Positions 9,350-16,680 of a stretch of 32,000 nt of DNA are shown one piece after another; the first letter of the stretch is position 1, and every line of letters starts with the position of its first letter. Under the pieces are notes generated by a model, which saw only the letters and a program-made list of their open reading frames with translations, searched no databases and was not told the DNA's origin. The position numbers and the translations under genes are program-made. The stretch covers positions 180,001 through 212,000 of the forward strand of contig CAKTSY010000005.1 in NCBI GenBank assembly GCA_934613415.1, given 5' to 3'. The DNA is from an uncultured Opitutales bacterium. Lineage in GTDB: Bacteria; Verrucomicrobiota; Verrucomicrobiia; Opitutales; Intestinicryptomonadaceae.

Positions 9350-9920
9350 ATTCCTTAAACGCCTTTCTAAGAGTTTCTCTTGCCCTGTGTATCCACGTCT
9401 TTACCGCCCCAACCGACGCCGACATAGCCTCGGCAATTTCGTCGTAGCTTAGCTGTTGCTGCTTAAGCAAAAGTATGGCAGTTCGCTGATTTTCGGGCAT
9501 ATCCTTTATCGTATTTTCAAAAAGCTCTTCAAGCTCGCTTGCAGAAGACGTGTCTTCGAACACCGCGCACGACTCCATATCGGAGGGGTCTACCGCCTCT
9601 ACGGGCTTTGCGCTTCGGTGGTTGTTGATAAGCACGCACCTTGCAATAAAGAAAAGATACGTCGAAAACTTTGCCTTTACCTTATACGAAGCCCTTGCCT
9701 TGTATAAATTTATAAAGGTTTGCCAGGTTAGGTCTTCCGACAAGAATGCGTCGTTTGTAGAGCGGAAAAAGTAGTTTATTATGGGATTTTTCCACTTTTG
9801 CACCAATATGCGAAAGGCATTGTCGTCGCCCTTCGATACCGAAAGCATTAAAACGGCGTCTGTATCGGTTATAGTGTCCATTACGTTATTTTCGGACATA
9901 TCTGCCAAAATCTCGTTCAT
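9342..9920 (-). CDS. ECF-type RNA polymerase sigma-70 family factor
   Basis: About 190 aa. Region 4 HTH: LSYDEIAEAMSASVGAVKTWIHRARETLRKAF. Region 2-like FRILVQKWKNPIINYFFR. Confidence 0.85.
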   Translation of the reverse strand: MNEILADMSENNVMDTITDTDAVLMLSVSKGDDNAFRILVQKWKNPIINYFFRSTNDAFLSEDLTWQTFINLYKARASYKVKAKFSTYLFFIARCVLINNHRSAKPVEAVDPSDMESCAVFEDTSSASELEELFENTIKDMPENQRTAILLLKQQQLSYDEIAEAMSASVGAVKTWIHRARETLRKAFKEYE

Positions 9921-10097
9921 TTTACGAGATTAAAAAAGATTTGCCGAAAAAAGTTTCAGTTAAAAATATTTTTACGGCTAAAAAAGTTATAAAAATGCCC
10001 TCTTTTTTAAAAATTTTAAAAAAAGACTGGACTAGACAAAAAAAACTGCTAAGTTTTACCTTTTAATTTTTATAAACATACATAGTAGGAAATCAAA

Positions 10098-10277
10098 ATG
10101 AGCGGTTTAGTACAATGGTCATCTAAAGCAAAGAATAAGCCCCAGACAAAGAGAGCGGGCAAAAAGCCCAATCCCCAGCGTCAACGCGCACTCGCGCTCC
10201 GCAAAAGGAAGGCAAACGAATCGGCGGTAAAGGCTATTGCTGTTGCCAAACGCAGAGAGCAAAAGGCTCAAGCTTAA
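10098..10277 (+). CDS. Small, highly basic 59-aa protein (below the ORF-track size cut-off)
   Basis: Hand translation: MSGLVQWSSKAKNKPQTKRAGKKPNPQRQRALALRKRKANESAVKAIAVAKRREQKAQA. AGGA lies 7 nt upstream of the ATG. It ends 25 nt before rpmB on the same strand. Confidence 0.45.
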   Translation: MSGLVQWSSKAKNKPQTKRAGKKPNPQRQRALALRKRKANESAVKAIAVAKRREQKAQA

Positions 10278-10302
10278 TTTTATAGGAAGGTATCTTAATA
10301 CA

Positions 10303-10533
10303 ATGGCAAGAATATGTTCAGTAACAGGTAAGCGTCCCGTAGCCGGCCGCAAAATCATACACAAAGGTCAAAGCAAAAAGAGCGGCGGTATCGGTTTGCA
10401 GCTTGTAAAACAGGTTAACCGCACTTTTAAGCCCAATGTTCAGCGTGTTCGCGTTCGCACCGAAAGTGGCGCAATTAAACGCGTTTGGGTAAGCGCAAAG
10501 GCTCTTAAAGCCGGCTTGGTAGAAAAAGCCTAA
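10303..10533 (+). CDS. rpmB: 50S ribosomal protein L28
   Basis: MARICSVTGKRPVAGRKIIHKGQ...NRTFKPNVQRVRV is the typical bL28 N-terminus. Start set at ATG 10303, preceded by GGAAGG. Confidence 0.9.
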   Translation: MARICSVTGKRPVAGRKIIHKGQSKKSGGIGLQLVKQVNRTFKPNVQRVRVRTESGAIKRVWVSAKALKAGLVEKA

Positions 10534-10554
10534 GCTTTTTAGTTCACACCTTTT

Positions 10555-10586
10555 AAAAAACCGCAATTCATGTTGCGGTTTTTTTG
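10555..10586 (+). terminator. Intrinsic terminator after rpmB
   Basis: aaccgcaa (10559..10566) / ttgcggtt (10573..10580), followed by a T-run. Confidence 0.8.
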
Positions 10587-10644
10587 TGCGCATATTGTGC
10601 ACATATTCTGCAAGCTTTACGCAAAAATATTTGCATTTTTATAT

Positions 10645-10676
10645 ATAAAAAAAGCGCGGATAAAAAACCGCGCTCT
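10645..10676 (-). terminator. Intrinsic terminator after the minus-strand GH28/phosphoesterase operon
   Basis: agcgcgg (10653..10659) / ccgcgct (10668..10674). On the minus strand the hairpin is followed by a T-run (A-run 10647..10653 on plus). Confidence 0.7.
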
Positions 10677-10710
10677 ATAAATTTTTGGAATTTGTCCCAA
10701 ATTTTGTGCC

Positions 10711-11655
10711 CTAGCAAATTGTGATTTCCTGAAGCTCTTTTTTAAAGGCGGCGTCTGCACAAGTTTGAACTGCACCGCTTTCGAAAGTATCGTTAATTTG
10801 CATATGCAAGTGCCCGCACAAAACGCCCTTTACAAGCTTTTCGCGCTTTATTTGGGCTGCAAACATTTCGGTAAACGCCGAAGCCCTCTGGCTTAGCACG
10901 CCCTTGTTGCCGAAATTTTCCGCCAAATATTGCAACTTTTCCAGTGGGGTTGCGCACAAATTGGGGCTTTTGTTTTCGGGGTCCGACAAAAACTGCTCGT
11001 AAAACTTTTGCGTATACAATGGGGTATGGCACAATATTATTATAGGCAAGCCCCTTTGCACTTCCTTTAAATACAATTCGTACTGGCGCGGCGTAAAATT
11101 CATATTGGCGTTGTCTATCGAAATTATATTTAGCCCGCCTACTATATGCGAGGAAAATTCCAAGTCGTACTTAAAACACGCCTTTGTTTTTTCTATAACT
11201 TCTTTTACGTTATATTCGGGCGCGGGGTTAACCCACCTAAAATATTCGTGGTTGCCCGAGCTAAAAACGTAGGTGTCTTCGGCAACCGATTCTTTTAAAA
11301 ATTCGTAGCCTTTTTGGGTGCCGAAATCTAAAATGTCGCCCGTGCAAAGCAGCGGCATATTGCGTTTTTTTGCATATTGCACAATGGGCTTCCACAAATT
11401 TTGCGGGTTGCGCATAAGCTTGTTTCGCCCGTGGGCTTTGGGCAGGCTTTTGGGGTCTCTTTCGTCGCATATGGCCATATGCAAATCGCTAATATGCAAA
11501 AACTTTAAAGGTTTTTTTAATCCCGCCTCAATGCGAACTTTTGTTATGTTAAAATCAGCATCGTCTTCTTCGGCAAAAGCCTTCGCAAAAAGCACTGTCG
11601 ACAATATGCCGACAGTGCCCTTTACTGCGCAATCTATAAAACTACGCCTTAACAT
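10711..11655 (-). CDS. Tat-exported metallophosphoesterase (calcineurin-like)
   Basis: Twin-arginine leader MLRRSFIDCAV...AKAFA. Metallophosphoesterase motifs LHISDLHM, GDILDFG, GNHEY, CGHLHM. The ATG overlaps the stop of the upstream gene (TAATG on the minus strand at 11653..11657). Confidence 0.8.
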   Translation of the reverse strand: MLRRSFIDCAVKGTVGILSTVLFAKAFAEEDDADFNITKVRIEAGLKKPLKFLHISDLHMAICDERDPKSLPKAHGRNKLMRNPQNLWKPIVQYAKKRNMPLLCTGDILDFGTQKGYEFLKESVAEDTYVFSSGNHEYFRWVNPAPEYNVKEVIEKTKACFKYDLEFSSHIVGGLNIISIDNANMNFTPRQYELYLKEVQRGLPIIILCHTPLYTQKFYEQFLSDPENKSPNLCATPLEKLQYLAENFGNKGVLSQRASAFTEMFAAQIKREKLVKGVLCGHLHMQINDTFESGAVQTCADAAFKKELQEITIC

Positions 11656-13091
11656 TATTTTTTTACAATCTTGTTGTTGAATTGGTAAACGTCTTTGCAG
11701 TCTATAAAGTTTATTGCGTCGGCGTCGCCTTTGGGTGCTTCAAAAATGCCGTTCATAATGCGTATCGAGTTTACGTCGTCGGCAACAATGGCGTGGCGGA
11801 ATTCGCCGCCTATGGCGTTTAGCTGAATGTTGTCTAGCGTTATGTTCTTCGCGTGCCTAATATAAAAGCCGTATCCCGGCAAGTTGCCAAACATTCTGTT
11901 TTCTGGGTAGCCTGCAATTTGTTCGGGAATTTTCTTTTCCATAAGCTTTTCGGCCTCTCTTTCTGGCATTGCGCCTTTCATATTAAATATGCAGTCGCGA
12001 ACGATAACGTTTTCCAACGCGTGCCCCGGAACAGAAGTTATGCTGTTTGAAAACCAGCTTTCCGAAGTTGCCGTAATGTTGCTTATAATAACGTCTTTTA
12101 TATAGCTTTTTTGCTCGTCTTTGTTGCGGTGCCCAACCCTTATAAATATGGGTGTTTGAACATCTGTCATTGCAAGGTTCGAAACCGTTATGCGTTCGGC
12201 AAAACCGCCGTCTACAGCCTCTATTGCAATGCCGCCTATGCCAGTTATCGGTGCGGTTACTCCCGCGCTTTTAAAGTGTGTATCCCATTTGCGGAAGTTC
12301 GATTGCGTGCATTTTTTTAGAACGCAGTTTGAAATTGCAACGTTCCTAAAACCGCCTTGGTTTGCAGTGCCAAATTTTATAAAGTTGCAGTTCGACGAAA
12401 TTATGCAGTTTGTGATGGTTATGTTTTCTACAATAAAGTCGCGACTATGGCTTTTTGGGCAAATTGCGTCGTCGTCGCAATCTATAATAGAGTTCGAAAT
12501 AACTACGTTTTTGGCTTCAATGTCTATGCCGTCGTTATTCCAGTTTGCATGCGATGTAAGGTGTATGTTGTTTATAAACACGGTGTCGCACCTTTGCAAA
12601 AACAAATTCCAGCACGAAGACGCCGTAATCTTTATGTCTTCTATCCTTACATTTTTGCAGTCGGTTAAAATAAACATGTGCGCCCTGCCGCCTACTTCGC
12701 CTATGGGAAAGTCCGCTCCGCTGCCGTCTACCGTGCCGCCGCCTTTAAGACCTATGTTTGTTGCGCCATTTGCGCTTATAAAACGCCCCTTGCCGAAATT
12801 TTTTGCATTTGCCTTTAATACCGTATTGGGCGAAAGGTTTAAGGTTACGTTGTCTTTCAAAAACAGCGTTTTGCTTAAAAATACGCCTCCGTCTTTTGGA
12901 AAAATAACCTCGCCGCCGCCCGTAGACGAGCATTCGTCTATTGCCGCCTGCAAGGCTTTTGTGTTGTCGGTTTTGCCGTCGCCTATAACGTTGCAAAATT
13001 CAAGATTTACGTTTTTAGCCTGCAAAGAAAGTGCGGCAAATACCGCGAACAATGCATAGGATACCTTTTTGAACATATTCGATTTCATCAT
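11655..13091 (-). CDS. Secreted right-handed beta-helix glycoside hydrolase (GH28 / pectate-lyase-superfamily, polygalacturonase-like)
   Basis: Signal peptide MMKSNMFKKVSYALFAVFAALSLQA. N-terminal GDGKTDNTKALQAAIDEC. Catalytic-region motifs NWNNDGIDIE and CDDDAICPKS. Repeated NxxI/V beta-helix rungs. Confidence 0.75.
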   Translation of the reverse strand: MMKSNMFKKVSYALFAVFAALSLQAKNVNLEFCNVIGDGKTDNTKALQAAIDECSSTGGGEVIFPKDGGVFLSKTLFLKDNVTLNLSPNTVLKANAKNFGKGRFISANGATNIGLKGGGTVDGSGADFPIGEVGGRAHMFILTDCKNVRIEDIKITASSCWNLFLQRCDTVFINNIHLTSHANWNNDGIDIEAKNVVISNSIIDCDDDAICPKSHSRDFIVENITITNCIISSNCNFIKFGTANQGGFRNVAISNCVLKKCTQSNFRKWDTHFKSAGVTAPITGIGGIAIEAVDGGFAERITVSNLAMTDVQTPIFIRVGHRNKDEQKSYIKDVIISNITATSESWFSNSITSVPGHALENVIVRDCIFNMKGAMPEREAEKLMEKKIPEQIAGYPENRMFGNLPGYGFYIRHAKNITLDNIQLNAIGGEFRHAIVADDVNSIRIMNGIFEAPKGDADAINFIDCKDVYQFNNKIVKK

Positions 13092-13235
13092 ATATATAAC
13101 AGATTAGTTTATAGAACTTTTGCATAATAACCTAATTTTTACAAGGCGTTCAAGTTTAAAATTTACGAAATCTCTTATTAGATAAGTTTGATTATGCTTG
13201 CAAAGTGCAGATTGCGGAAATACAAATCTAGGCAT

Positions 13236-14801
13236 ATGATGAAAAAAATATCGTATTTATTAACTTCGTTATTGTTGTCGGCCGCGGCTTTCGGCTCGAT
13301 TGAAATGCCTAGCATATTCTCCGACAATATGATGTTGCAAAGGAACAAGCCCGTTAAATTTTGGGGCAAGGCAAAACCGAATGCAACCGTTAAAGTGGAA
13401 TTTGCAGGCCAAAGCAAAAGCACCACAGCCGATAAAAGCGGTTTATGGTCGTTAAATTTAAACCCATTAAAGGCCAGCACAGAGCTTCGCAAAATTTCTA
13501 TATACGAAAACGGCAAGCTAGACAAAACCATAAACGGCGTGCTTGTGGGCGAAGTTTGGTTTACCGGCGGGCAATCTAATATGGAGCTTTCCGTAAAAAA
13601 CACCGACAATTTAAATGACGCCTTGGCCCGCGGCAAATATCCTACAATTAGGTACTTTAACCAAAATGCCGCCAGCGTAAGCAAAGAACCTTTGTTCGAC
13701 GCAAAAAAAGACAAATACGCCCCCTATTGGCAAATGCCCAACGGGAAAAACATAGCCAATATGAACGCAGTTGCCTTCTATTTTGCCGAAGCCCTTAACG
13801 ACGATTTAAGCGTGCCCATCGGCATAATAAAGTCGGCACTGGGCGCAACAAGAATGAGCTGCTGGGTAGACAAAGAAACCATAGGCAAGGTTGAAAGCTT
13901 TAAAATAGACCAAAAAACTTTGGACGACGCCCTAAAGAATTTCGACTACGAAAGGGATTTCCCCATTTGGCAAAAAGCGCGCAAAGAATACGACCAAGCT
14001 TTGGCAAAATTCAAAAAAGGCGAAGGCAAAAAGCCCAGAAACAGCGAATATTTGGCATATATGCCCATTCCCGAAAGCCCCTTTAGCTATAGAGGTATGC
14101 CCACGGGCTGCTTTAACGCGGTTGTTGCCCCCTTTGCGGGCTACACTGTCAGGGGCTTTTTATGGTATCAGGGCGAAGGCGACGCATTCGGCTACCGCGT
14201 AAAGAGCTTCGAAAAGGCGTTTACTTCGCTTATAGACTGCTGGCGCAGCCATTGGGGCGACAAAACTTTGCCCTTCTATTTTGTGCAGCTTACAGCCCAC
14301 AACCGCAGCACCGCCCAGTGGGGCGACGCGCGTTTTGCCCAGTATTTGGTTTCGCAACACGTTAAAAATACCAATATGGCGGTTACCATCGACTTGGGCA
14401 TGAAAGAGGAAATTCACCCGCCCTACAAAAAACCCATAGGGATAAGGCTTGAAAAGCTTGTGCTTAAAGAAGTCTACGGAGTAAAGAATTTAAACCCCTA
14501 TTTCCCGAAATTTAAGAGTGTTTCGGCAGACGGAGACGATATAAAAATAACATTTGAAACCTACGGCAAAAAGCTTGAATGCAAAGGCAAGCCGCGCGGC
14601 TTCGAAATTTTGGTAGGCAAAAAATGGATTAAGCCCAAAAAAGCCGAGTTTAAAGACAACGCCGTTGTTTTGACAGACCCGAAGGCTTGCGATGCCAAAA
14701 CGGTTAGGTATTTGTGGGAATCGTGGTGCGGCGACGACGTTTGCATTTTTGCCGACGACGGGCTGCCCGCAATGCCCTATAAGATGGATATAGACAACTA
14801 A
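13236..14801 (+). CDS. Secreted carbohydrate (sialate-type) O-acetylesterase, SASA domain
   Basis: Start set at ATG 13236 (MMKKISYLLTSLLLSAAAFG signal peptide). Catalytic-serine block VWFTGGQSNME. RGFLWYQGEGD block. Confidence 0.75.
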   Translation: MMKKISYLLTSLLLSAAAFGSIEMPSIFSDNMMLQRNKPVKFWGKAKPNATVKVEFAGQSKSTTADKSGLWSLNLNPLKASTELRKISIYENGKLDKTINGVLVGEVWFTGGQSNMELSVKNTDNLNDALARGKYPTIRYFNQNAASVSKEPLFDAKKDKYAPYWQMPNGKNIANMNAVAFYFAEALNDDLSVPIGIIKSALGATRMSCWVDKETIGKVESFKIDQKTLDDALKNFDYERDFPIWQKARKEYDQALAKFKKGEGKKPRNSEYLAYMPIPESPFSYRGMPTGCFNAVVAPFAGYTVRGFLWYQGEGDAFGYRVKSFEKAFTSLIDCWRSHWGDKTLPFYFVQLTAHNRSTAQWGDARFAQYLVSQHVKNTNMAVTIDLGMKEEIHPPYKKPIGIRLEKLVLKEVYGVKNLNPYFPKFKSVSADGDDIKITFETYGKKLECKGKPRGFEILVGKKWIKPKKAEFKDNAVVLTDPKACDAKTVRYLWESWCGDDVCIFADDGLPAMPYKMDIDN

Positions 14802-15088
14802 TGCAAAAAATCTACAAAAACGGGCGCGATTTTGCCATAGTAAGCCTTTTGGGCATTTGCAACTACCTGGCTGCGTTCTCGTTTTTGTATTTAAAAAGGG
14901 CAAAAATTGCAATGGCGCGCAACAACCGCCGCGCCTTTGTAGCCAACATAAAAAAGTCAAACGCCTTTGCATCTTGGGGCATTTTACCGTGCACAATTAT
15001 AAATTTGGCAATTTTGTATTTCTTTATTGTTTGGCTTATAAAATTTCTGCAACCTATTGCAAAACAGTTCGGTTTTTACATACCTTAG
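14801..15088 (+). CDS. Possible small two-TM membrane protein (95 aa)
   Basis: The ATG overlaps the esterase stop (TAATG at 14799..14803). Hydrophobic stretches FAIVSLLGICNYLAAFSFLYL and ILPCTIINLAILYFFIVWLIKFL. No homology recognised, so it could be a chance ORF. Confidence 0.3.
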   Translation: MQKIYKNGRDFAIVSLLGICNYLAAFSFLYLKRAKIAMARNNRRAFVANIKKSNAFASWGILPCTIINLAILYFFIVWLIKFLQPIAKQFGFYIP

Positions 15089-15108
15089 GCACTATTATCA
15101 ATAAAAGC

Positions 15109-15137
15109 TTGACAATGTGTGCATAAGAATACAGCAT
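15109..15137 (+). promoter_or_regulatory. Candidate sigma-70-type promoter for nusA
   Basis: TTGACA (15109..15114), 17-nt spacer, CAGCAT (15132..15137). The -35 is perfect and the -10 is weak. Confidence 0.25.
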
Positions 15138-15229
15138 TGTGCGAAAATTAAGTACTCTCGATTAGGAGTGGGGCGTTGGCTTCCACTTTTTTTTGTCAGT
15201 ACACAACCCCACTAGAAAAGAGGACACCC

Positions 15230-16483
15230 ATGAGCAACAACAACGGAGTTTTGGCACTTCTCGAATATTACGAGAAAGACAAGAATATAAGCAGAAGCGA
15301 TATGATAGAAATCATTATCGCCGCCATAAAAAACGCTGCGGCAAAACGCTATGCGGGTCAGGAGCTTAAAGTTGAAATCAACCCTAAAACGGGCGCGGTA
15401 AAAGCCTGGCAGGTGTTCACAATAACCGACTCGGTGGCAGACCCTGCAACCGAAATGCACATCGACAAAGCCCGCCTTTATACCGACAACCCCCAAATTG
15501 GCCAGCAGCTACTTAAAGATGTAGACTTAGACGTAATCTTGGGCAGAATAGACGTTAAAAACGTTCAGCAGATTTTGATGCAGAAAATCCGCAACAACGA
15601 AAAAGATCGCATTTACGAAGACTTTAAAGACCAAGTTGGCGACGTTGTAACTGGCATTGTGCGCCGCCGCGAAAAAGGCAACATTATTGTAGACTTAGGC
15701 AAGGCCGAAGCTTTGCTTTTAAAGCGCGAATGCATACCCGGCGAAGACTACGGCGCGGGCGACCAAATTCGTTGCCTTTTGCTTGAAATAGAAAACTCTA
15801 TGCGCGGCAACGAGATAATTTTAAGCAGGGCTTCGTATAAGTTTGTAAGAAGGCTTTTCGAGCTTGAAGCAAGCGAAATTGCCGATGGCTCGGTTACAAT
15901 AGAAGCCATTGCACGCGAACCCGGCTATAGAACAAAGATTGCCGTTTCTAGCGCAGACCCGAAAATTGACCCCGTAGGTGCTTGCGTAGGCGCGGGCGGC
16001 TCGAGGGTAAAGAGCATTGTAAGGGAGCTTAACGGCGAAAAGATAGACGTTATTAAATATAGCGACGACCCGAAAACACTCTTGGAAGAATGTGTAAAAC
16101 CCGCCCAAGTTAAAAATATAAAGATTTTTGAAGACCAAAAGCGCATATATTTTGAAGTTGCCGAAGCCGACTATTCTTTGGTTATAGGCAAGCGCGGCTC
16201 GAACGCAAAGCTTACTTCTAGGCTTTTGGGTTGGAAGCTCGACATTCAAAAAGAATCTCAGCAAGACACAACTTTGGAAGACAAAGTTCAAAGGGCTGCA
16301 GGTTCTTTGGCGCAAATTTTGCCGAACTTGTCGGAACATCAGGCAACGTTGTTGGCAAACAGCGGCATTAACAGTGCCGACGCCTTTGAAGGCGTAGAGG
16401 AAGCCGACTTGGTTGAAATGGGCTTTTCGCCCGCCGAAGCGGCAGAACTTTTAACGCAGGTAAACAAACACCTCGGCAAATAG
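15230..16483 (+). CDS. nusA: Transcription termination/antitermination factor NusA
   Basis: Start at ATG 15230, preceded by AAGAGGA. S1 domain GDVVTGIVRRREKGNIIVDLGKAEALL. KH domains GSRVKSIVRELNGEKIDV and VIGKRGSNAKLTSRLLGWKLDI. Confidence 0.92.
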   Translation: MSNNNGVLALLEYYEKDKNISRSDMIEIIIAAIKNAAAKRYAGQELKVEINPKTGAVKAWQVFTITDSVADPATEMHIDKARLYTDNPQIGQQLLKDVDLDVILGRIDVKNVQQILMQKIRNNEKDRIYEDFKDQVGDVVTGIVRRREKGNIIVDLGKAEALLLKRECIPGEDYGAGDQIRCLLLEIENSMRGNEIILSRASYKFVRRLFELEASEIADGSVTIEAIAREPGYRTKIAVSSADPKIDPVGACVGAGGSRVKSIVRELNGEKIDVIKYSDDPKTLLEECVKPAQVKNIKIFEDQKRIYFEVAEADYSLVIGKRGSNAKLTSRLLGWKLDIQKESQQDTTLEDKVQRAAGSLAQILPNLSEHQATLLANSGINSADAFEGVEEADLVEMGFSPAEAAELLTQVNKHLGK

Positions 16484-16515
16484 AATTTGTAGGTAGCAAA
16501 ACCAACAATTAAGGG

Positions 16516-16550
16516 AAGGCAGGGGTTTTATACCCCGCCTTTCTTTTTTT
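16516..16550 (+). terminator. Intrinsic terminator between nusA and infB
   Basis: aaggc(a)gggg (16516..16525) pairs with ccccgcctt (16533..16541) with one bulged A. It is followed by ttcttttttt. Confidence 0.7.
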
Positions 16551-16598
16551 GCATTCCGAAAAAATAGATATGCAAAAATTTCGGCAAACTCTTTTATC

Positions 16599-16626
16599 TT
16601 TACAAATATTTTGCTTTAAATATAAC
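16599..16626 (+). promoter_or_regulatory. Candidate promoter for infB
   Basis: TTTACA (16599..16604), 16-nt spacer, TATAAC (16621..16626), about 55 nt upstream of the infB ATG. Confidence 0.3.
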
Positions 16627-16680
16627 TGTTTACCTTACAAGTAAAATAAGGCGTATTATAAGCGGCAAAAAAAGGAACAA

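Noticed and set aside
12190-13059. 289-aa plus-strand ORF, with other long antisense ORFs (320..826, 7295..8008, 16911..17420, 17796..18290, 22268..23116, 23848..24453)
   Set aside because: Each lies entirely antisense to a gene with unmistakable family motifs (GH28-like, mutS, prfB, infB, dnaJ, grpE). Their translations are low-complexity or Ser/Pro/Arg/Phe-rich, as expected for shadow frames. None has an RBS or known motif.
14857-15126. 89-aa ORF in the esterase-nusA intergenic region
   Set aside because: It has no RBS and a Cys/Lys-rich unstructured translation, and it overlaps the somewhat better supported TAATG-coupled ORF. It is probably chance in AT-rich DNA.
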